DNA of 64,000 bases from positions 157,135 through 221,134 of the forward strand of contig NW_021836292.1 in assembly GCF_006345805.1 (NCBI RefSeq). Direction: 5' to 3'. Within the stretch, counting starts at the first letter, position 1; every line of letters starts with the position of its first letter. The position numbers and the translations under genes are program-made. Positions 12,845-28,821 of the stretch are shown in pieces. Source of the stretch: Octopus sinensis (taxonomy: Eukaryota). A model generated the notes under the pieces. The model made no database searches. It saw only the letters and a program-made list of their open reading frames with translations, and was not told the origin of the DNA.

Positions 12845-13052
12845 TACTCTTTTACTTGTTTCAGTCATTTGACTGCAGCCATGCTGGAACACGGTCTTTA
12901 GTCGAACAAATCGACCACGGGACTTATTCTTTCTAAGCATGGTACTTACTCTATAGGTCTGTTTTGCTGAACTGCTAAGTTACGGGGACACAAACACACC
13001 AGCATCGGTTTCAAGCCTGGTGCGGGAACAAGCACAGACACACAAACACATC

Positions 13053-13122
<70 letters not shown>

Positions 13123-13271
13123 ATATAATATTATATATATATAAAACAATAATTATTGTTACAATCATATATAAAACTTCTTGTTTTACCGAATATGGTT
13201 CCTTTTCATACCGAAACTACTTGGTGAAATTTATTAATTATAAATTAATAATTTTTTACCCTATATCTATA

Positions 13272-13361
<90 letters not shown>

Positions 13362-13502
13362 CAACGGGCTTCTTCCAATTTCCGTCTACCAACTCCACTC
13401 ACAATGCTTTGGTCGACCCGATGCTGTAGTGGAAGGTAGCACACAGTGAAAGTTAACCCGGAGCCATGTAGTTGAGAAGCAAGCTTCTTACCACACAGCC
13501 AC
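12845..13502 (-). mobile_element. SINE family C with a greatly expanded internal TA-rich tract
   Basis: Tail at 12845-13040 and head at 13363-13502 match family C. About 320 bp of (TA)n and AT-rich sequence lie between them. Confidence 0.8.
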
Positions 13503-13530
13503 TCCCTTTGTGGTGGGGGTTACTAGGAAA

Positions 13531-13616
13531 GGGTTGACAGTCACTTCGAAGTTTCGGCGGCGTAATCTTCATCGATAAAGGCTATATAGCCGAAACTTCC
13601 AAGTGGTAGTCAAACT
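13531..13616. mobile_element. Probable Penelope-type terminal remnant (back-to-back hammerhead-like cores)
   Basis: ~28-bp imperfect inverted repeat with a perfect core GAAGTTTCGGC (13548-13558) / GCCGAAACTTC (13589-13599). The plus strand reads CGATAAA-GGCTA-TA-TAGCC-GAAACTTCC-AAGT-GGTAGTC. Confidence 0.4.
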
Positions 13617-13726
13617 TCTCGTAAAAAATATAAATGCGTTACTGTGCTGAAAACTATCGAGTTATGCTTCAATTTAATGTTTGGCTGTTTTATATACGAT
13701 TATATTTTAATTCATTTGTTTATAAA

Positions 13727-13972
13727 CATACATACATACATACATACATACATACATACATACATACGTACGTACGTACGTACATACATACATACATACA
13801 TACATAAGAGGGAGAAAGGGAGAAATGTGAAGAGGTAAGAGAAGAGAGAGTGTGATAGGCGGAGAGATAGAAGAGAGAGAGTGATGTGTGCGTATGTGCG
13901 TGTGTGTGTGTGTGTCTCTCTCTCTCTCTCTCTCTCTGTGTCTGTGTGTGTGTCTGTGTATGTGTGTGTGTG

Positions 13973-14037
<65 letters not shown>
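13727..14037. repeat. Compound microsatellite (CATA)n/(GA)n/(TC)n/(TG)n
   Basis: Read directly from the sequence. Confidence 0.9.
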
Positions 14038-14039
<2 letters not shown>

Positions 14040-14539
14040 TTGCACATAAAACACACACGTCACTATCCATATAGTCGTCTGTTTATTAGAAGCAAAATCA
14101 TCCTACGGTAATTTTTGTGTGTGGACAATATATTTTAAAGGCTTCTCAAATTTTTATTTACCTTCTGCTATAAATTGTGTTATTTTGTTTCTTTTTCCTC
14201 TTTGTTATTCATCAAAGTTTACTTTGAACGCAAATTTGTTCTGTTTTCCCCCCTTTTGCAAAATTTTCAGAAAATTCATGTAAAATAAATATTTATGGAT
14301 GAATTAACTGCCAAGATTTTCCTACGTAAAGTGACACTAAGCACCAGTTTGTGAAAGAAATAATAAAGGTCAATTGTGTCATTTTTGTGTATGTGTCCCA
14401 AATTAATGTTTGAAATGTTTAAAATAGATATGTTTACACAAAACATTCAATATAAATTTGAAATTGTTATGGGTTTTTATCTGATCAACTTAAGCCATTT
14501 TCAACGAGGTAAATTTTATTGTTCAAACTTTACTTTATG

Positions 14540-14596
14540 TAGATAGATAAATAGATAGATAGGTGGCTAGATAGATAGATAGATAGATAGATAGAT

Positions 14597-14655
<59 letters not shown>
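14540..14655. repeat. (GATA)n array at the 3' end of Tx1 element 1
   Basis: AGAT tandem run ending at 14655, directly next to the element terminus. Confidence 0.95.
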
Positions 14656-15064
14656 TGTTTCTTTATTAGCCACACAGGGCTGCACACAGATAGAACAAAT
14701 TACAAGGTAGAGCTTTTCTTTTGAAGGTTTAAAAAAATAAAATAAAATAAAAATAAAAAATAAAATAACAAATAAAATTTTTTAAAAAATGGAAAAGGGG
14801 GGTCGATCAAAAGGGATCGTAAAAGGAGAGAAAGAGGACAAAAAAAGGGGGGGTTAAAAAAAAGGGGGAGAGGAAAAAAAATTGATCAATAGGGATCGTT
14901 ATCACAGAAATGTCAATATGAAGTGTAAAGGGGAGGACAGGTGAGGTTTACCCGTGGAAAGAAAAGCCTACGGAAAAGACCACGGTAACCTCGGTCAATG
15001 AAGTCACATGTTATATTTCTTTTTTTTTTTGCAAATAAGCAACTCTCTGTATTAATTTTACGGT

Positions 15065-18000
15065 TCATAGAATCATAGTCAAGGTGGCTTCGTCATTCAT
15101 ACGTGCCATCCTTGCTACATTCACCCATCTTTTTTTAAAACATTCACTAGACAAAACTTGCCTCTCTACTCTCACTTTTTTCTTCAAGTGATACTTGAAG
15201 AAGTTGATGAGAGATGAGACCAGAGAGGAAAGTGTTTGTCTCTAATCCTTTCAGACGCGTCCACCAGATACATTCTTTCGCCATAGCCACAAGTATGATA
15301 AAAATAGCTCTTCCTTCCCGTTTGAAGGAAGGAGGCGTGACGATATTAACGATAGACTCGGCTGATAAACCGACACGTCCCACACGTGACAGCAGTCGTT
15401 CGACATAAGCCCACAGGTGGGAAATTGCTGGACACTGCACGATTGCGTGCAGAGCGGTTTCGTCGCTCTGCCCGCATCTCGGGCAGGTCGGCCCCGTGTT
15501 TCTCGAGCCATGCCTATAGAGCTTATCCCGAACGGGTAGCGCTTCTCGGTAGCACCGCCAGGCCAGGGATCTCTGGAAGTTGTCCATAGGTCCCGGGCCG
15601 AAAGTCGTTTGAAACAGGCGGGTCAGGTATTCCTCGTCGACGCCCAGGTTTGCCCCGAGCTCGTCGTCGTACCTCCCCTCCACTAATCCCCTATAGAATG
15701 CTTTGGTTGTGTTGAAGTCACTCAAGGTCGACCCGGGACGGCAGAGTTGCTTGAGAGCAACGCGACACTCGCGGTGCCATTCGCCCTTCTTCGGCCTCTT
15801 TTTGATCCACGACTGTAGTTCGGTCATGGAGACGAGTTGCGGGAATGCGTGCCTCACAAACGGCGACCACACCTGTTCACCGTCGTCTACATAGAGCCGG
15901 AGATGTCGCAGTCTCAGCGCGTGTCTGCGCATCATCAACCACGGCATGCCCAGCCCTCCTTTTAACGGGTGTTGACAGCAAATGGATCGCCTGACCATCG
16001 GGACGCATCCTTTCCACAAGAAGCGGAAGAGGATGCGTTCTAGTTTGGTGATGGTAGGGTCGGGACAAGGTACGACGGTCAGGCGGTAGTAGATGATGGA
16101 CGCGATGTACGCGTTCACCACCTCCGCCCGACCTTTTAGGGACAGTTTCCTCTCGGCCCATTGCTGGGCGAGAGTGACCACCCTACTCGTTATCTCGTTC
16201 CAGTTCTTCTCCATTTGGAGGTCCGGACCGAACCAGACCCCGAGCAACTCAACCGGGCCGTCTGTCCAGCGTCCCACGACGGAGGTACTGGTGGACGGCA
16301 TGGGCTTGCTTCTCCAGGTGCCGAGCCGCAAGCCCACTGACTTTTCCCGGTTGATTTTTGCTCCTGTCACCGCTTCGTAGTCTTTCAGTGTCTCGCCGAC
16401 CCGCTCGATGTGCTCGTGGCTTGACACTATGACGGTGACGTCGTCCGCGTATGCAGACACGCTCGTCCCGCATCCTAATTCTCGCGGGATGCCCCTCAGA
16501 GTCGCCAGCTTCCGCAGTAGTGGCTCAAGAGTCAATACGTATAGAGAAGCGCCGAGAGGGGGCATCCCTGGGACGGACCGAACGTGCAATGTCGAAGGTC
16601 TCGATAGATGTCCATTTACGCGAATTACCGAACGGATGCCCCTGTACAAGGCAGCTATCCAGCCGCGGAAGACGGGACCGAAACCAGCCGCTCTCAGGAC
16701 TGCCTCCAAGTATCGATGGTCTACCCTATCAAAGGCTTTCGATTGATCCAAGTTGATCAGGGCCCCACCCATGCCAGGTTCGTTAACTACCCTGTCTATG
16801 ATGTAGCGCATCAGATGGAGGTTGTCATGGATCTCCGCCCGGCACGGCGCACGTTTGTGCGTTGTCGACCAGTTTCTCTCCATGACAAGCGCCAACCTCT
16901 TGGCTAACACCTTTGTCAAAATTTTCAGGTCTGCATTGAGCAGAGTGATTGGCCTAAAGTTATCTATAATGTTTCCCTTGTTTGGATCTTTCTTCAGCAG
17001 AGTTACAGCTCCTCGACTCACAAAACCGGGTATGCTCCCGTTTTGCTGCCAGTTGCAGTATACCGCTGCCAAGACGTCTCCAAACAAGTCTGGCATACAA
17101 TAGTAAAATTCGTAGGGTAGACCATCCAAACCCGGTGATTTGTCCCTCGAGCATTCTGCCATCGCTTCCCGCACTTCCGCCGCCGTGATGGCACCTTCGC
17201 AGCACCCTGCCTTTCTTGTCGAGAGTCGTGGCAGGCTATGTAGGTAGGCACTGAAGTCTACCCTACGTTCTTGCCCTCCACTCGTCCCGAACAGTCGGGC
17301 AAAGTGCTGCTGAAAGGCCTCACACATTTTACTTGGCTCGAGCAATTCGCGCCCCTGTTCATCTACCAGTGACCGAATGGTGGCTTTGTTGCCCTGTTGC
17401 GCCTCTGCCACCCGGGCCTCTCTCGCGGCTCCAACACCTTCGTTCCTTAGAGCACGCATCCTAGCTCTGACAGCACATCCTTCGTGTTTGGCGTTGAAGT
17501 GTTGGTCGAGGGCCAACCTCGCCGCCAAAACGTCGGATGCGATGCCGCTTCTAATTGCCTCTTCTAGCTTCTTAACTAGCTCACCCTCTACTCTATTTCT
17601 ATCTATGGCTAGTGCTTTGCTGTACCTAATCGCTTCTGCTTTTACTGCTCTCTTGAGGGCAAACCACCATTTGTTGTTGATGATGGCTCCCGTCAAAGCC
17701 CTCTTTACTAGTGTGCTAATCCGGTCTCTGAAAACTTGTCTGGACGGGAATGATGCGTTCAGTTTCCAGTAGCCAGGACCCTGTCTATGTGCCTTATCTA
17801 AGTCTAGCGTACACGTCACCAATTTGTGATCCGTGTAGCTGACTGTGTGGAATTGTGGACATCCTAAGTTATCCTTGTCTACTGTCCTACACAGTATCCT
17901 ATCTAGATACGATCTCGACGACCCACTGCGGTTGCTCCATGTCCACGTTGGTGCATTTGGGTGGTCGAGTCGGTACCTGTCAGACAGTTGGAATCGTCTG

Positions 18001-18505
18001 AGCAGGTCTCTGAGGCATTTGCATCCCCTTCTGTTTCTGTCTCTACCCACGTAGTCTACATGCGTGTCCAAGGTAGCATTCCAATCCCCCACTAAGAGTA
18101 AAGGACGAGACGTTCCCAAGAATACTTCTAGACGTCGAAAGAAATCCGCCCAACCTGTTAAGGGCGGTGCGTAGACTGATACGAGTCGAAAAGCGCACCC
18201 ATTGCTGCCGTCAACATCCAGAACGATCAGTCTACCCTCCGGGTCTACGAATATCGTCTTGACTTCGAGATCCAGGCTCTTGTGAAAAAGTACCGCGGTG
18301 CCACTACCGCCCATCCTCGGCAGACAGGGAGCGAAATAAATGTTAAACTGTCCGCCAAACATGGACTTTAGGGCCCGTGGCTCGTGGAGTCTGTCTCACT
18401 TATGGCTATGATTCCCAAATCATGTGACTTGATGTCATTTAGGAGGTATCCTTGTTTCCAAGGAGACCCCAAGCCACGCGCATTCACACAACCAATCTTG
18501 ACCAT
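15065..18505 (-). pseudogene. Tx1 ORF2 (APE endonuclease, reverse transcriptase, CCHC), frameshifted
   Basis: Likely start MVKIGCVNARGLGS...AISET at 18505, with a one-base shift into the 15147-18362 ORF. Motifs VSVYAP, LVGDWNA, FRPITLLNAD, LDQSKAFDRV, AYADDV and CPRCGQSDETALHAIVQC. By comparison with element 2, there are local compensating frameshifts and the true end is ..TMIL* at 15065. Confidence 0.88.
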
Positions 18506-18555
18506 GATTCTATTGGGGTGTGTGCTTTAAAACACACAAATGAAAGTACAGAGAG

Positions 18556-20659
18556 TTACTTACTTGTGTCGAAAGTTTTGGCTTCCTCGTTCTTTGATGT
18601 GTCTTCGAGGAGGTTTCTATATAGTTTTTGGGACAGATATTTCTGGAAACCCCCTACAGCATTTGGGAAGAGGGCTTTGAGTTTGTGGTGTTGTGTTTGT
18701 GTGATGTGTAGTATTTTGATGTGTTTGGGTGGTGTAGTGCGTGGATGATTGCTATTTTTAAAGTCATCTTCACAAATGTTTGTGTATCCTGTGATGTACT
18801 CCATTAGTTTGGAGTCTTTTGTGTCTATCGCTGATAGCATTGTTTTTGTGGTGTTGGTGCTTGTTTTGTTGTGTATGGAGTTTTCAGGGTTCAGGTATCT
18901 CCCTGCTTTGGTTGCGATTTCTTGTTTGGTTTTTCTTGATCTTTTTCTTTTACCCCCTGTGGCTATTTGCCATTCTGTCGAACTTTCATCGTTAGATGAA
19001 AAGTCTGACGAATCAGCAGGGGGCAAGGGTAAAGCGTCTGGGTGTGTTTGTGCGGTTGTAGATATTGTTGTGGTGCGCGGGGAGGGTGTTGCTGGGGGGT
19101 TTGTTGTGGTTATTGTCTCTCCTACATCCTTGGTGCTTGTCTTCTTCGTTGTTATTCTTGGTGTTGGAATTGGTTTATTTGTTGTTGGTGGTGATGATTC
19201 TGTTCTTGGCGCTGGTGTTGGTGTTGTTTGGTTGGGTTGGCTTGTTCTTTGTTGTTTTTCCTGCATTTCCGCATACAGCTTCTTGACTAGCTGTCCATAT
19301 TGTGGTGTGGGCAATAATCCTGGCTTTTGTGATTTTTCCTGTGGCTGTTGTTGTTGTTGTAATTTTGCGGCAGATTTGCACTCCTTTTTGAGGTGTGCCT
19401 CACTGCCACATGTATAGCATCGTGGCCTTCTGCCCTCGACTACTACGTATAACTTGCGGCCATCCTCAAGATGTACGTGGGTGGGGATTTTATTTATGTC
19501 CTCTTGACTTATGTGGAAGAGGAACTCTATTCTCTTTCCCAGCCAGTCCTTGTTTTCCGAAACACCGATATCTAGGATGTTTATGTCCTCCATTTCGGAT
19601 GTTAAGGCGGATGTAATCCACAGTGTTGTAGTCACTTGGGGGACACCACTGATAATGACTTTCGTCACCTTCTGGCCGAGGTAACTCGGTGTCAACGTTA
19701 GTTCATCAGAATGAAGGGTTATCGTTGAGAATTTCTTCGCCAACTCTTCATTCTGAAAAACCACCTGTACGTGTGCGAACTTGTTCGCCCAAGTCACACA
19801 ATCCTTGTATCCCCAGATGGGGCGTAAGCACTTTTCGACTTTGTCTGTGCTTGCCTTTTCTGGACTTTTTGTTTTTTTATTTGTGATTTTATATACAATT
19901 GTCTTTTTTTTCTCCTCATTCAGTATGTGCTGAGGTATGTGTAAGAGTATTTTTCCGTTTTGATTTGTAATAAGGTTTCTGCAATCTTTAATCTGTTGTG
20001 TAGTAAACGAAACTTTTGTTACCTTTTTCTTTTATCGCCTCGGCGAAGTTTGTTGTTGTTTTGTTATTGTTGTTACTGCCGGTGGTGTTGGTGTTGATGG
20101 CAGGGGTGTGGGTTGTAGGTTTGTGGTTGCTGATTATGCAACTAGCAAGGGGTGGAAAATTGCCTGCGTAATTTAGTCCTGCATTAGCGCAAATTTCGGC
20201 ATTTCGTTTGCTTGTCGTCGTTATTTTTTCACTTGTTGGTGATGGAGTGAGCAGTGGTTGAAGGGAATTGTTGTTGTCGTCGTCGTTGTTGTTGTTGTTG
20301 TTGTTGTTGTTGGTATTGTCGTTCTTGGTGACGGCGGTGGTGTTAGTAGTATTAGTAGCATTGACGGCACGGTCTTTGGTGGCGGTGATGTTGGTATTGT
20401 TATTGGTGGCGACGTCTTTAGTAGGGATAGCAGTTTTAGTAGCAGATTCTGCCATGGTGTTGTTGTCGGTGTTGGTGGTGGTGGTGGACTCACTGATGGT
20501 GTTGACGGTGCTTGGCCTTGCGACCTTTGTTTTGTATTTGTTGCTGTTGTCGATGGTGGCGGAGTTGTCAGGTTCAGCGTAAGGTAACAGAGCATCCTGT
20601 TTTTCTGCCTCTGCGTCACGCTTGACTTGCACCTCAGCCTCGTGGTGACCAGTGGCCAT
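18556..20659 (-). pseudogene. Tx1 ORF1 (Thr/Asn-rich N-terminus, RRM-like region, CCHC knuckle), apparently split by two frameshifts
   Basis: ORF 19988-20689 (aaaATGg at 20659) links through FTTQQIKDCRNLITNQNGKILLHIP and PEKASTDKVEKCLRPIWG to ORF 18556-19797, which has CYTCGSEAHLKKEC (CX2CX4HX4C). The joins are near A/T runs. Confidence 0.75.
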
Positions 20660-20885
20660 TTTGGAAATAAAATGGCTAAATGAAACCACGAAGGCTATGA
20701 GAATTTTTTCTTTTAAATTTTGCCCACAAGGGGCAAAATTTTGTGCAGATATTAATCAAGGTTTGCAGTGGATGTTGTTGCACAACTTTTAAACAGAAAA
20801 TATTTCACAATAAACAATTTTCAACGTACAAAATGACCAACTTACGTGGAGCCCATTTGACTAGCGTCGGTCCATGTCGAGAGAG

Positions 20886-23943
<3,058 letters not shown>

Positions 23944-24005
<62 letters not shown>
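23944..24005. repeat. (GATA)~15 array at the 5' truncation point of Tx1 element 2
   Basis: Starts exactly where homology to element 1 stops and is followed by (TA)n. Confidence 0.95.
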
Positions 24006-24031
24006 GTATAAGTATATATACATATATATAT

Positions 24032-24099
<68 letters not shown>

Positions 24100-24149
24100 A
24101 TGTATGCATATATGTATGAATATATATTTTATATACACACACATATATA

Positions 24150-24480
24150 GGGTAAAGACCCCCTTCGGTCATGAATGACCATGGGATTGCACCTAGAAAG
24201 CTACCTTCCTAGATACAAGTCCGGGCAAGGTTGTTTATGGAAGGCCAGCAGTCGCCCATGCATACCAGCCTCCCCTCTCCACGCCACCAGTGTTATCCAA
24301 GGGAAAGACAAAGGTCGATACAGCTTGGCACCAGTGACGTCGCAACTCATTTCTACAGCTGAGTGAACTGGAGCAACGTGAAATAAAGTGCCTTGCTCGA
24401 GAACACAACACGCAGCCCGGTCCGGGATTCGAGCTCACAACCTCACGATCGTAAGCTCGACGCTCTAACCACTGAGCCAT
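24150..24480 (-). mobile_element. tRNA-headed SINE family B, full copy
   Basis: Minus strand GGCTCAGTGGTTAGAGCGTCGAGCTTACGATCGTGAGGTTGTGAGCTCGAATCCCGG contains A-box and B-box-like motifs. The body is shared with 1392 and 35295. Confidence 0.85.
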
Positions 24481-24517
24481 ATACACATACATATATATGC
24501 ATATATATGCATATATA

Positions 24518-24566
<49 letters not shown>

Positions 24567-24689
24567 ACAGAAAGGGAAGAATTTCGATTGTCTCCGCGTG
24601 GTGAGTTGTAATATATATAAGAAAGTAAAGAAGGAAAATGCACACACTTTACATAGTTTTAATATACTTTTTAATATATCTTGCATTGT

Positions 24690-26475
24690 GTTTGTCGACC
24701 GGTTTCACTTTCGCTATTCATGACATTAAAATTTACTTAAACACGTATTTTCTTAAGAAATTTTTTGGTCCATGTTGAGAGTGAAATTTATGAATAAATC
24801 ATTCAACAAGTAGAAAAATCTAAGGGGAAGTAATTGGTTATCGTTATTATTGTGGGCATGGGAGATAACTGTTTAGCTTTCGGTAGGGTATGGGGTATAT
24901 ATTTGTATACACAAAAATTCGAAAACTAGATTAGTGGGGAGAAACATATACAGTGAAGGGTATTTAATCGTGAATTAAAATATGTAAAGAGATCAAAGTT
25001 GGTTATGCGTGCATGTTTAGACGTGTTCTGTATTCTTCTATGAAAAAATTTTCTGTATTTAAACGTTCTTGTAAAGAAATTGTATCTTTGCACTAGTAGA
25101 AGGGGAAAACTGTAAAATTTGGTTTGACGTTACCTGCACATTTCTCTATGTGTTCGCTTAAAGGAATTTGTCTGTATTGCAAAAACCGGATCTGCTCTTT
25201 ATGTAGAGTGGTTCTCCGTCTCAATGTCATACTCGTTAGTCATATATAGTGATGTCCACATCCCCAGCAGGTTATTACATAAGTTAGGTTCTCAGAGGCA
25301 CAAGTGAAGTTGGTTTTAATTGTGAACCTCTTTCCTTGTTTGAAAAGGAAATCCGAGCCTTCAAGTAGGTTGGGGCATGTTCCACATGGTTTCGTAGTTG
25401 TGTAAAGCTTCGCATTTGATAGAAGTCTCTTCAGCGATTTGTGGTGCTTTTTTGCATTTGATGAGTTTATGCGCTTTCAACATGTTTTTCATTTTTGGAT
25501 CTCTAGTTAGTAAAGGGAGATTTTGCACAATAGTGTTGCATGCCTCTTTGTTTCTAGGGTTGTGGGTTAATATATACAGTAGTGTTTTGAGATGATGTAT
25601 TGTGTTATGCTTTGTTGTCCTTAGTGTTTTTATGTCTAATTTCTTGGCACGCTTAATTTCATCGTCTATAAGTGAGGGTGGATATTATCTTTCAGTTAGT
25701 GTTGTTTTGAGGTCTTGAAGACGAAGATCCCGAGTAGTTCTATCAGACACTATTGTGCAAACCCTTTTTGCCAAATTAAAGGGGATATTAAATTTGATGT
25801 GTTTCGGGTGGCATGAGCTAAAGAGGAGATATTGTTTCAAATCCGTTGGTTTATGATAGATGTCAGTTATAATTTGGTTGTTGACTTTTTTTATCATGAT
25901 ATCCAAAAATGGATATATTCCATTGTTATTTGAACGTTACTATTTATATCATTTAGTGTTAATTTGAAGTTCAAAAGTTTGTCAATAGTCTCCTTCCAAA
26001 TGATAAAACAGTCATCCAGGTATCTTTTCCAGCTTTCTCTTATGTAATGGTGAAATGGATAACCATATTTTTGAACTGACACTTCATATATGGTGAATTC
26101 AAAATAACCCATTATCAGGTTCGCAAGAACAGGAGCTGCTTTCGTTCCCATCGCAATTCCGCATTTTTAGGATAGTATGTGTTATCAGATATGAAATAAT
26201 TGTTCTGAAGTATTAATTTTAAAGATTCAATAATAAAGATCTGACTTATGCGTTCCCGGAGTACTTTTCCAACCAGAATTTGATTGCTTTTATTCCATAG
26301 TCATGTGGAATAAAGATTGGTGTAAAGATTGATAACATCGAGGGTAACCAATATTGCCTCTTCATTAATTGTTTTTTGTAGGTGCTCTAGCGTCTAAATC
26401 GTCTCTAATGAAACTTTCGATGTATCTCAGCAAGGGTTTCAGTAGAATGTCAAGAAAATTGCTTAGGCGGTGGAT
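24690..26475 (-). mobile_element. Degenerate 5'-truncated Penelope-like element (RT plus GIY-YIG endonuclease)
   Basis: Fragments RLSNFLDILLKPLL, MGTKAAPVLANLIMG..WKRYLDDCF, TDIYHKPTDLKQYLLFSSCHPKHIK and FTCASENLTYVITCWGCGHHYI*LTSMTLRRR..HKEQI. Stop near 25003. Confidence 0.88.
24693..24725 (-). ncRNA. Decayed minimal hammerhead ribozyme motif at the Penelope 3' end
   Basis: Minus strand TGTC-ATGA-ATAGCGAAAGT-GAAACCGGTC-GACA shows stem I TGTC/GACA, GAAA, palindromic stem III ACCGGT and a GUC site. The CUGAUGA core lacks CTG. Confidence 0.45.
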
Positions 26476-27597
26476 TTCAGTTACAGTCAACCAACAAACC
26501 TATAAACAGGATGCTACAGTGAAGTACAGTGAGCCTAATTCGAAATGAGTACCCCAGCAAGGTAGAGGCTATTAAGTTGTAACAAGGTACTGCAGTAGTG
26601 TACAATAAACTTTAAATGTTAGTAATTACTACAGTGAAGTGCAAGCCATCTAGATATATGTAGGTACTAGAATAAATATCATAATGATGTACATTCCAGG
26701 TAGCCATAATTAAATGATTTCATAAAAGTAGGTACAGAAATGAGGCATAGTCCAACACTTCATTCATAGGTTAGCGACCGAGTTCCAGATATGTCCCAAA
26801 TTCAGGTAAAGTCAAGTTAACAATAAGTATCACAGCGATTTACAGTCAATCAATCTATAAGCAAGAACTACAGTGAGATACAATAAGCGTAGCTATACGT
26901 AGTTACAACAGTCCAATTAGATGTAAGTAGGTTCCAAAGTGAGATATGTCGCAACTAGCTGCTAGTAGTTATTTCAGTGTAGGATTTTCAGTTATGTACT
27001 CTCCAACTAGCTTCAAGTAAAATTCACAGTGTCATACAGTGTACCAAGTTATAAGCATCTCAGTAAAATCATTCCAACTAGCAGAAACTAAGTACCAAAC
27101 TGAGGTGCGGTCTCCAGCGGTAGGTATGTTACATTCAGAGAGACACTGCACCAAGATGTAAATAAATCTCATTGTGAGTTTCATAACATGTACATTTTAA
27201 GTACATTTAGGTACAGTCAAGCTAGATATAATTAGGTATAATTGTATAATTATACAATCTTCTCTTCCACAGTATTTTCCACGTTGAAATAGAATCCTCT
27301 GAGTTATACGAAATTAGAACAGTGGGGTATAGTCGATTTAATTGAGATGTGTTACAACCTTTATGTTAACTTCACCTAAAAAGGACTAAGTACCAGAGTG
27401 AGGCACAGTCAAGCGAAAGGGGTGCAACCAAACAAGTCACAGTCCACTTAGATTTAAATAGATTTTGTAATAAAAGGTAGAATCTGCCTAAACTAAGTTA
27501 AAGATTATGCGCCCAGAATCAACAAGTACGTGGTTCAGAATCGTACTTCATATCCACACGGTCGTGGATTCACCCATCGTATGGATTCATCCTTTCG

Positions 27598-28011
27598 TAT
27601 TTCTTTACTGCCCACAAGGGGCTAAACACAGAGGGGACAAGCAAGGACAGACAAACAGATCAAGTCGATTATATCGACCCCAGTGTGTAACTGGTACTTA
27701 TTTAATCGACCCCGAAAGGATGAAAGGCAAAGTCGACCTCGGCGGAATTTGAACTCAGAACGTAGCGGCAGACGAAATACCTATTTCTTTACTGCCCACA
27801 AGGGGCTACACACAGAGAGGACAAACAAGGACAGACAAACGGATTAAGTCGATTATATCGACCCCCATGCGTTATTGGTACTTATTTAATCGACCCCGAA
27901 AGGATGAAGGCAAAGTCGACCTCGACGGAATTTGAACTCAGAACGTAGCGGCAGACGAAATACAGCTAAGCATTTCGTCTGGCGTGCTAACGTTTCTGCC
28001 AGCTCGTCGCC
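27598..28011 (-). mobile_element. SINE family A, head plus two tandem 184-bp bodies
   Basis: Two near-identical units with the junction at ~27781. Only the last (5'-most) unit continues into the tRNA-like head. Confidence 0.88.
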
Positions 28012-28029
28012 CTATATAACCCATCATAA

Positions 28030-28240
28030 TCCTTTCCGCTACAGGCACAAGGCCTGGAACTTCTAGGGAGAGGCTAGTCGATTACATCGACCCCAGTGCT
28101 CAATTGGCACTTATTTGATCTACCCCGAAAGGGATGTAAAGCAAAGTCGACCTCAGCGGAATTTGAATTCAGAACGTTCAAATTCAGGAGAAATGCTGCT
28201 AAGCATCTAGTCCGGCGTGCAAACAATTATGCTAGCACGC
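28030..28240 (-). mobile_element. SINE family A, older diverged copy
   Basis: GTCGATTACATCGACCCCAGTG...GCAAAGTCGACCTCAGCGGAATTTGAATTCAGAAC. Confidence 0.65.
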
Positions 28241-28429
28241 CTACTTATTCGCCCGTTATAATATATAAAGAAATATATTTGTATTCAAGCAACCGTGTGT
28301 GTGTATGTTTATAAATGAAACACGAAAGTTTGAACAATGAAACTTACCTTGTTGAAAACAGCTTCAGTGGATCAGACGAAAACTTATAACAATCTCAAAT
28401 TTATATTGAATATTTTGTGTAAACATTCA

Positions 28430-28593
28430 GTGTACGTACGTACGTATGTATGTATGTATGTATGTATGTATGTATGTATGTATGTATGTATGTATGTATG
28501 TATGTATGTATGCATGCATGCATGCATGTATGTATGTATGTATGTATGTATGCATGCATGCATGTATGTATGTATGTATGGATGTATGTATGT
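28430..28593. repeat. (TATG)n array
   Basis: Read directly, with CATG variants. Confidence 0.95.
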
Positions 28594-28821
28594 CTCTTCT
28601 ATTTTTTAAATTATTATAATCTTCCAGTGAGGAGGGAGCCGGTTTCCAACAAAGATACAAGGCTCCATCTTTCGGATGTAGTTAACACAGACAAATTCAC
28701 ATTCGGAACTTGAGAAAAGTCTTGCATATTTTTACTATTCCTCTCACAGATTGGACTTGTAATGTAAGAATCAGCCGGTCAACTTCTCTCTCTGAAAATC
28801 CCAGTTTATCTAGATTCTCCT
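28594..28821 (-). mobile_element. Short 5'-truncated R4/Dong-like copy embedded in (CATA)n
   Basis: Minus strand KENLDKLGFSEREVDRLILTLQVQSVRGIVKICKTFLKFRM* (stop 28697) parallels the end of the element at 1-322. Both 3' UTRs share a CTTTGT..G.AACCGG motif. Confidence 0.65.

Noticed and set aside
18749-19417. Hydrophobic plus-strand ORFs (also 20258-20587), resembling membrane proteins
   Set aside because: They are the antisense shadow of the Thr/Asn/Pro-rich Tx1 ORF1.
24420-24480. tRNA gene-like sequences here and at 10363, 34667, 38275, 39499 and 41353
   Set aside because: They have A/B boxes but no complete cloverleaf, and they continue into repeated SINE bodies.
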